Under the pieces are notes generated by a model, which had not been told where the DNA came from, searched no databases, and saw only the letters and a list, made by a program, of their open reading frames with translations. Below are positions 12,165 through 21,078 of a stretch of 26,774 bases of DNA, piece by piece; positions within the stretch are counted from its first letter, which is position 1, and each line of letters begins with the position of its first letter. A program made the position numbers and the translations under genes. This stretch comes from Octopus sinensis (Eukaryota), in the NCBI RefSeq assembly GCF_006345805.1, contig NW_021834767.1, positions 1 to 26,774 of the forward strand, read 5' to 3'.

Positions 12165-12882
12165 GGGTGGTGAACTAACAGAACCATTATAGCATTGAAC
12201 AAAATGCATTGCAATATTTGTTCAAATCCTGCTGAGGTCAGCTTCGCCTTTCATCCATCCAGGTTTGATAAAGTAAAGTACCAGTCAAGTAGCAAGGTCT
12301 ATACAATCAACAAAACCCACCTCTTAACATCACTGGCTTTAAGCCTAAATCAGAAACTATCAAGGCAGCAAGCTGGCAAAATTATTAGAGCATCAGAAAA
12401 TACCTTGTGCTATTTAATCTGGCTCTTTGCATTCTGAGTTTAAATCTGCCAAGCTTAGCATGTACCATTCATTCTTTTGAAATCAATAAATCAAATACCA
12501 GTCAAATACTGAGATCAATGGTATCAACTTTCTCCTTCCCCTTGAAACTTTTGGCCTTATTGTAATATTTGTTCTTGCTCTTTGTGTTCTCAGATCAAAT
12601 CCTGCTGAGGTCCTCTTTGCCTTCCATCCTTCTGAGGATCAATAAAATAAAGTACTAATCAAATTCTGGAGTTTATGGTATCAACTAACTTCCTTGCCTC
12701 ATAATTGTTGAACTTCTGCCTAATTAAGATATCATTATAAGGTGTTATTTTAAATGTAGGAGCAAACCAATAAATAAAGAGGGACAGGACAGCTGGTTAA
12801 AGGCATCGAGTACAAATTTTATGAATTTCAAGGAGATAAAAGACAAAACTGATTCTGTCAAAATTTAAACTTAGGTACAATA

Positions 12883-13080
12883 TCATCATCATCGTTTAAT
12901 GTCCATCTTCCATGCAGGCATGGGTAGGACAGTTGACAGGAGTCGGCCAGGTAGAAGACTCTCCAGGGCTATTGTGTCTGTTTTGGCAGAGTTTTCTCAG
13001 TTGGATGTCCTTCCTAACACCAGCCACTCCACATTGTAGTCTGGATGCTTTTTACATGGCACCGGCAGACATCTGTTTCT
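12883..13080 (-). mobile_element. 3'-end fragment of the RTE family
   Basis: (TCA)n-CGTTTAATGTCC..CCATGCAGGCATGGG..CTGGATG..CTTCCTAACAC resembles the RTE 3' UTR at 21080-21260. Confidence 0.7.
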
Positions 13081-14249
13081 GCCTCCCTGTCTCTCTGTCA
13101 CACTCTAACCTTTCATCATCTGACAAAAAGATCACCTCCTCCAAATCCCCCTACCCCTCTCAAAATACCTTGTCTTACAAGTTAGTTGGTGACCCTGCCA
13201 GTGCCATATAAAAAGCATCCAGTCCACATGGTACATGGAGGTATATGGTTGCCTGGCCAGAGAGAGAAGGGGAAGAGGGAGAAAGGTAGGGGAGAGAGGT
13301 ACAAGAAAGGGAACAGAAACAGGTGTGTTGATGTAAAGGAGATACTTGGTTACCTAGCCAGGAGGAAAAACAAGAGGAGAGAGAGAGAGAGAGAGTGATC
13401 AAGAATGAGGGCAGAAACTGGTGTGCTGCTGTAGAGAAGATACATGGCTACCCAGCCAGAGGGAAGAGCAAGGGAAAGAGAAAAAGAGTGGAAAGCAGCA
13501 AAAGTGCAAGAGAGAGCGAGAAAAAGATGGTGATGAAGTGCCAGGGTATACTCACAAGTAACAAGGATGGCAGTCATAATATACTCGGCCAGGTATTGCC
13601 AAGAAGGCACATGTAGAGAGTGGGGATTGCAGTGACTGGTGAAAACCTGGGTATAAAGATGGAGTGGAGGAAAGCAGTGATACAGTGAGCTGTGAAGAGG
13701 AGTGGGAGACAATCATAGTGTATGAAGACGAAACGTGAGGAAAGGAAAGATGCAATTTAGAAGAGATGTAGTTTGGTTTCTTGGTGTAGAAGTTTATTGT
13801 TACTTGTCGATAACTGTATATATGACAGTGCAAGTACGTGTGTGTATATATTTATGTATAAATCTCTATATGTATGCCTGCATATGTTTGTGCCAATTAA
13901 AATTTCTATATCAATATAAAAATATTGTCCAGCCTATCTTTTGTGTAACAATACAAATTATATACAGGTAAAAATGCCTGACAATTGAGAGAAATATAAA
14001 ACTGTATTAAATTGGTAAATAGAAAGTGTTTAGTCAGACAGAATAAAATAATATTGAAATTACTGTTACATGTAATATGCTCTTTTCAGACTGTGGCTAT
14101 GTCACCTCTAAACCTGTTGGAAGTAGCTGCTAAATCTGCCTCAGACAACTTCCCATTGACTTAAAACAACAAAAGACTTCTTGGATAATGTTCTGAATAT
14201 CGTTTGAATAGCAGACAGCGTGGTCATGCTTGCTTGGGGCTAAATAACA

Positions 14250-15618
14250 ACTTAATACAGCAAACCACAAATCCCTTCAGGTAGATAGCCCTGCTTGATC
14301 TGTAGAAGAGGCTTAGGTAGAAACTCTATAAGATGTACCCAGTGTAAGCTATGGACACATAAGAGATGCAGTAATATCAAAGGAAGGCTAACTAGGAAGA
14401 TAGTTTTTGTATGTGGCAGATGCTCGGGAGCAATAAACACTGAAAATGCACAGAGAACAACTTCCGCCACATTCCAGGGAGAAAAACTAAGAAGTAGTTG
14501 ATAACTTCTGTTACCTAGGTGACCAAGTCAGTAGCGGGGGAGGGTGCACTGAAAGTGTAGCTGCTAGAATAAGAATAGCTTGGGCAAATTTCAGAGAGCT
14601 CTTACCTCTGCTAGTGATAAAGGGCCTCTCGCTCAGAGTAAAAGGTAGACTGTATGACACATGTGTACAAACAGCCATGCTACATGGCAGTGAAACATGG
14701 GCCGTGACTGCTGAGGACATGCGTAAGCTCACTAGGAATGAAGCCAGCATGCTCCGATAGATGTGCAATGTCAGTGTGCATACTCGACAGAGTGTAAGTA
14801 CCTCGAGAGAATAGTTGGACCTAAGAAGCATCAGATGTAGTGTGCAAGAGAGACGTCTGCACTGGTATGGTCATGTGGCGAGAATGGATATCGATAGCTG
14901 TGTGGAAAAGTGCCACACCCTAGCAGTTGAGGGAACCTGTGGAAGAGGTAGACACAGGAAGACCTGGGATGAGGTGGTGAAGCATGACCTTCAAATATTG
15001 GGCCTCACCGAGGCAATGACTAGTGACTGGGACCTCTGGAAATATGCTGTTCTTGAGAAGACTTGGCAAGCGCAATTGAGACCATAACCTTGTGGCCTAT
15101 GCCAGCGGTGTAACCAGTCCACTTATGCGTGCCTTTCCTTCATTGGACATTAAACTCTGCTTGTGAAGACCTGTTGAGGCAAGTGAAATCGAAATCAAAT
15201 TCAATGACTGACATCCGTGCTAGTGGAGTGCCAAGAGTACCATACGAGTGAGATCGTTGCCAGAGCAACAAGCTGGCCTCTGTGCCGATGACATGTTAAA
15301 AACACCATTCAAGCATGATCGTTACCTGCATCGTCTTACTAGCACTTGTGCTGGTGGAACGTGAAAAAAAACATTCGAGCGAGGTCACTGCCAGTGCTGC
15401 TGGACTGGCTCCTGTGCAGGTGGTACATAAAAAGCACCATTTGAGCATGGCCATTGCCAGTACCATCTGACTGGCCTGTGTGCCGGTGGCATCCAGCTGT
15501 AGAAACTCTGCCAGATCAGATTGGAGTCTGGTGCAGCCATCTGGTTTGCCAGACCTTAGTCAAATCATCCAACCCATGCTAGCATGGAAAGCAGACATTA
15601 AACGATGATGATGATGAT
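14250..15618 (+). mobile_element. 5'-truncated RTE LINE copy, same family as 21079-24620
   Basis: C-terminal ORF remnants (ICRRGLGRNSIRCTQCKLWTHKRCS; RRLHWYGHVARMD..GRGRHRKTWDEVVKHDL), a 3' UTR, and the terminal ...GACATTAAAC(GAT)n at about 15595-15618. Confidence 0.92.
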
Positions 15619-16476
15619 TTGTCTATAAATGCACATGTACATACACAATTATAAATGCTCATATCCATGCCAACATACATTAACTGTATATATGCATGTA
15701 TTGTACATATATAGTGTTTATATGACAGTGCAAGTATGTGTGTGTATATATTTGTGTAGATATCTCTATATGTGTACCTGTGTATGTTCTAATTAAAATT
15801 TCTATATCAATGCAAGGATATTGTCCAGCCTACCTTTTGTGTAACAATACAGAAAGTAACTCAAATAAAGTAAGAAATAGTGGTGATGGTAGATTACTTG
15901 ACTGAGACATTGGTGAATGAATAAAGATACAATATGAGAGAGGAGGAGAGGAAAAGATAGGTGAAACTAGTGAAATCAATGAAGAAATACAGGGAGCAAG
16001 ATGAGCATTCTGAGTGACTATGAGAATGTTAGTTAAGGTAAGCATGCAAGAGAAAGTGAATGAAAGTGGTATGGAGATTTAAACTTAAAGTGAAAGGAGA
16101 GAAGGAAGAATATCAAAAATGTAGCAAAGTTTATTATACCATTGCATTTTAATTATCCTATGCTCTTATTTCCTCTCTCTCTCTCTCTCTCTCTCTTCCC
16201 TCCCTCCTTTTCATTGTTTGTTTATTTGAAGTGTATCTTAGTATATGAAATAATAGCATGTTTAGTTGAAAGTATTATTTCACTTCATGAATGGAAAAAT
16301 ACTAAGGTCTTCTGTACATGCATCTGTATGTAGAGGTATCTCTATATATGTAAATATTCATGTAAATGTTAAGTAGGAGTCAGGGGACTCAGTCATATCA
16401 AACATATTTGTAAAAACCCTAAGGTAATTGTAGTGATTATAATAATCTAATTCAATCAAATTAAGTATGGAGAGTG

Positions 16477-16507
<31 letters not shown>

Positions 16508-18418
16508 AAATATGAATTAGAGATAAAACCACTATTAGGCAACTCAAACAGTGATAGACATAAACCAATACATAAATAACAAATAATATAAGTATAATTA
16601 ATATAATATAGGATATATATATATATATAATTTATATATATATGATTTTTTTTCAAAAAGTATAAAAAGAATGATAAATATAATCTAATAAGTAAAAACA
16701 CTACGTATGTTTCATGGCTATAATTAAATTCGAATTACAATTTAAGTTTAAATTCAATTGAAATAAATTTGAACTAAAATTATAGTCAATCTTCAGGTTA
16801 ATGACAATAGTTAAATAAATAAGCAAATAGAGTTAAACAATATTTTTTAAGAAATATATAAAATAATAATTTTTCTTATGAAAACTCCATTATCTAAATT
16901 AGAAACTTAAAACATAAGGATTATTTTATACAACCCATTTATTATGTAAATATTTATTTTTAAGGTAAAAAAAATAGATAGAAATATGTATTTATCTGTG
17001 AAGATATAATATGGCTTTAATAAACATAATAAACTCTCAAATATACTTAACTCAGTTATAGTCCAATATTTAATTACCAAATTATTTAACAAAATAATCA
17101 CTATTCATATTTTTATATTTAAGTTCACATCTAATAATTATAAAATATTTAAAAATAAGTATCTAGATTATAATCAACAAATATAGTAATTAAAATCTAA
17201 AATTTACTCTATCAATAAATATATAGACATATAATGAAAAATAAATTAATTAATTAGTCCATTATTACTTACATAAATATTATAGATATCAATATAATAT
17301 ATTTATGAAATACATTTAAAAAATTAAAGATTAAAAATCAAATTAAAAATGTATAACCTATCTTAAAAGAACTGTATAACTATTTTACGATCTATATATC
17401 ACATTGGCTAAGTAATATCTTACAAATAATGTGCAGTTATAATCTAATAATGAAATACATATCAACAACTAAATAATTATAGAATCAAATTAACAATCAG
17501 TAGTTATATAGTATACAATACAATAAAACTTCTTAATATATCTTAAAAAAATCTTAAATAGTAAAGGTTTACTTAGCTTTCAAAAACCGTGTCATTAACT
17601 AAAATTTTAAAGCGGAAAATATATTTATACTGTGAAATATATTTATATATTTATACTGTGAAATTTGATTTAATACTAAATCGAATTTTTCCCTGTAAGT
17701 CTGGGGCTATACTCCCTAATATTATTATTATTATTATTATATATTTATATATATATTGTTTTTTCGTTGTTAAAAAAAAGGTCCGTTTCCATGTTTGTTT
17801 TTACGTTTTCATTTCTCGTTGAGTTCTACGTCTATTTGTGGTGTCCTGTACTCACGTATATATATTTATATATGCATGTATATATACATGTAGATGTAGG
17901 TACATACATATATGTATGTATGCATATATTTTATTTATTACACTATTGTATGACTGAGCGCCCTCGCGTCGTTTCGTTTCCTCCAAGTAAGTTTTTATAT
18001 ATAATTATGACGCTTGACCTTCCCTTCCTTCCTTGTCTTCCTCTTTGCCTGTTTCTCTTTTTCACCCTTTCTGGTTTCCTTTCCTCTCTATCTCTCTCTC
18101 TCTCTCTCTCACTCCTCCTCATCTCTCTCACAGCCGGGCGACCACTTCCTTTCGCTTGCGGCCTCCTAACAGTGAACACGCTTTCTTCCTGCGCTCTTAA
18201 AAATCTTTCCTCGTCTAGGCCAAAAAAGGCCCTCATTGTTTGTTTTCTTGTTTGTTTTTATTTTTTGTACTGTATTTTTTTGTAATTGTATTTTTATTTT
18301 GTATTTTATTTTGTAATTTTATTTGTATCGTTTTTACGTCCTGTTTTGTCACATTTTTTTCTTTCCTTGTTTTTACCCCTCTGCAAAGGAATTTTATTTA
18401 ATTCTTTCGCAGGAAGGG

Positions 18419-18494
18419 CTAGTTCGACGAGTCGTGTTCTGTCGTCACCTTCGAAACACGCATGGAGTCGTACTAGGGACAGCTGATGAAGGGG
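18419..18494 (+). ncRNA. Candidate non-circularly permuted hammerhead ribozyme, unit 1
   Basis: CGTGT-T-CTGTC (18433-43), CTTC-GAAA-CACG (18449-60) and GACAG-CTGATGA-A-GGGG (18478-94) give stem III 5 bp, stem I 5 bp and a weak stem II. An extra helix pairs 18419-28 with 18467-76. Confidence 0.75.
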
Positions 18495-19185
18495 AATTTT
18501 CCTTGTGTTGTTTGTCTTGTACTCTGTTTTTCGTTGTTAAAAAAAAGGTCCGTTTCCATGTTTGTTTTTACGTTTTCGTTTCTCGTTGAGTTCTACGTCT
18601 ATTTGTGGTGTCCTGTACTCACGTATATATATTTATATATGTATGTATATATATATACATGTAGATGTAGGTACATACATATATGTATGTATGCATATAT
18701 TTTATTTATTACACTATTGTATGACTGAGCGCCCTCGCGTCGTTTCGTTTCCTCCAAGTAAGTTTTTATATATAATTATGACGCTTGACCTTCCCTTCCT
18801 TCCTTGTCTTCCTCTTTGCCTGTTTCTCTTTTTCACCCTTTCTGGTTTCCTTTCCTCTCTATCTCTCTCTCTCTCTCTCACTCCTCCTCATCTCTCTCAC
18901 AGCCGGGCGACCACTTCCTTTCGCTTGCGGCCTCCTAACAGTGAACACGCTTTCTTCCTGCGCTCTTAAAAATCTTTCCTCGTCTAGGCCAAAAAAGGCC
19001 CTCATTGTTTGTTTTCTTGTTTGTTTTTATTTTTTGTACTGTATTTTTTTGTAATTGTATTTTATTTTGTATTTTATTTTGTAATTTTATTTGTATCGTT
19101 TTTACGTCCTGTTTTGTCACATTTTTTTCTTTCCTTGTTTTTACCCCTCTGCAAAGGAATTTATTTAATTCTTTCGCAGGAAGGG

Positions 19186-19261
19186 CTAGTTCGACGAGTC
19201 GTGTTCTGTCGTCACCTTCGAAACACGCATGGAGTCGTACTAGGGACAGCTGATGAAGGGG
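19186..19261 (+). ncRNA. Candidate non-circularly permuted hammerhead ribozyme, unit 2
   Basis: Identical to 18419-18494, shifted by 767. Confidence 0.75.
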
Positions 19262-20404
19262 AATTTTCCTTGTGTTGTTTGTCTTGTACTCTGTTTTTCG
19301 TTGTTAAAAAAAAGGTCCGTTTCCATGTTTGTTTTTACGTTTTCGTTTCTCGTTGAGTTCTACGTCTATTTGTGGTGTCCTGTACTCACGTATATATATT
19401 TATATATGTATGTATATATATATATACATGTAGATATATATATATACATGTATATGTATGTATATATATATATACATGTAGATGTAGGTATGTACATATA
19501 TGTATGTATGTATGCATATATTTTATTTATTACACTATTGTATGACTGAGCGCCCTTGCGTCGTTTCGTTTGGTTTCCTCCAAGTAAGTTTATATATATA
19601 TATATATATATTCTTTTATTTTATATATTCTTTCATTCACTTAGTCTTTTAGGCATGAGAGAAAGGGGTGAGGTAGAGGAGCTACATGGCTGCTCACCTA
19701 TAGGAGAGAGTGAGAATGAAGCAGTAGTGGCTGCAAAGTAATAAATAGTGGTGATGAGGTGTCCAGGTAGCACCTCAGGTTATGAGGGGAACAGAAATGT
19801 GTGGGGACTAGGAGAGTGGGAGCTTTTAAGAATGTATGATGAAGGAGAGAAGATAGGCAACATCTCTTAGGATTGAAGGGTGAATGTAGGAAGTGATGTA
19901 TGTCAATAAGTGGGAAGGAATGTGACCAGTAGCACATAAGTTGGGGAACATGGAGGAATGCAAGAAGAGAGGAGCCGGGGTGAACAGTAACAGGATAGTA
20001 ATGATGATAGTAATTCCATTGTCTCGACCACGGTCGAACAATGATGATGATGATGATGAATGATGATACAGTTGACATAGGGAGGACAAGACAGGAATGT
20101 CATATATGCATGTGTGTGCATGTGTAGCTTTGCCTGACACCATATGTTGGTTGCAAATTAGCATTGTTTGCTTCGACACTTTTGAACAAACATACTACTT
20201 TTCTTGGAAATAGTGATGAGTGGCATAATCTGTTTGTGTGTGTGTTACAGGCAGGTGTATATAAGTGGAGTGGCGTGGGGACCAGAAATTAGATATCTCT
20301 CTGTCTCTATCTCTCTCCCTAATATATATACACACAAATTAATATAAACACCAGGTTGTAATGTTTCACCAAAAAGGAGAATTATAATTGTCACTAAATG
20401 TGAC

Positions 20405-20781
20405 TAGGGTGTTAAAAAATACCTACATTGCTAGAAATAATAGCTAAAGTGCTCTAATGCTGTAGTTAATGCACATGAATGAACTTGCTGTTTATATTAA
20501 TTTTGTGTGTACACACTAGCTAATCACTAAATCATCCATTAATTTGGATGATGGAAACATATATACTAATAGAGAAACAGGTTAGGAAAAAGCCAAACAC
20601 CAAGCTGGCTTAACTGATGATGGCAATGGAAATTGCTGAAACTGACATCAGTCTTAATAATTCTCAGTCGGCATTTTTCAATTATGGTCCCTGTTAGTGT
20701 ATATATTTCATTCATGTGCATTAACTACAGCATTAGAGCATTTTAGCTCTTATTTCTAGCAATGTGTTTTTTAACACCCTA
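20405..20781. repeat. Inverted-repeat element (arms 20405-20483 and 20707-20781) enclosing a hammerhead
   Basis: TAGGGTGTTAAAAAA..CATTGCTAGAAATAA..GCTCTAATGCTGTAGTTAATGCACATGAATGAA is mirrored with only a few mismatches. Confidence 0.85.
20610..20657 (+). ncRNA. Type I hammerhead ribozyme
   Basis: TTAA-CTGATGA-T-GGCAAT-GGAA-ATTGCT-GAA-ACTGA-CA-TCAGT-C-TTAA: complete core, 6-bp stem II with a GNRA loop, stem III, GUC site, 4-bp stem I. Confidence 0.88.
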
Positions 20782-21078
20782 TTCACAAGATATATATCAA
20801 TGTTTCTCGATCAGTTGCCTATAAATCAGACAGAAAGCACAATCTAAAAGAAATTTTGAGCTTTTATATTTTATGTAGTCATACATCTTTGGTTATGGCA
20901 TATAACTGGTCAGAAAGTTACTATTGGCTTCACATCTACAATTACACTTGACATGGAATAAATCAAGGATATACTACTCAACTATATAAAACATATATGC
21001 AGTGTATCATCATCATCATATATAAGTGTACGTATTTTTGTATACTTTGTACATGTTCTGGTATTTTATATGTGTGTG

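Larger units (their letters stand above)
10510..12740 (+). mobile_element. Head-to-tail cluster of about 7 copies of SINE family 2, mostly separated by (TTA)n
   Basis: Repeated unit GAGCTG(G/A)CAGAAT..TTCTGAGTTCAAATTC..GAGGT(C/T)GACTTTGCCTTTCATCC..AAGTACCAGT..CACTGGG(G/A)TC(G/A)AT starting near 10512, 10728, 10950, 11568, 12164, 12400 and 12580. Confidence 0.8.
17757..19591 (+). repeat. 767-bp tandem array, about 2.4 near-identical units
   Basis: The anchor GTCCGTTTCCATG starts at 17781, 18548 and 19315, a period of 767. Units differ mainly in microsatellite length and single-base changes. The array is flanked by TA-rich simple repeats. Confidence 0.97.

Noticed and set aside
16770-17640. 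Long reading frames if TAA/TAG are read as Gln (ciliate-type code)
   Set aside because: About 20 in-frame TAR codons in 200 is what the base composition predicts, TGA is rare by chance at this GC level, and no protein motif was recognised.
16430-17650. Mitochondrial insertion (NUMT)
   Set aside because: No conserved 12S/16S motifs or tRNA were recognised, and TAA/TAG stops occur in the frames I tested. A control-region origin cannot be excluded without alignment.
18484-18489. C/D-box snoRNA (TGATGA)
   Set aside because: No properly spaced terminal CTGA D box or closing stem was found. The hammerhead core explains the motif better.
18483-18510. Canonical local hammerhead using the hairpin AAGGGGAATTTTCCTT after CTGATGA as stem II
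   Set aside because: The hairpin is followed by GTGTT, not GAAA. The next GAAAC is one unit away. A canonical type III fold across units would need a weak stem II to close about 730 nt. The hairpin may still compete with the permuted fold.
17767-19549. ORFs within the tandem array, including MTERPRVVSFPP as a possible first exon
   Set aside because: The ORFs are low-complexity F/L/Y products of T-rich and microsatellite sequence. The ATG-to-GTAAGT segment ends in phase 1, while the CrebA exon starts in phase 0.
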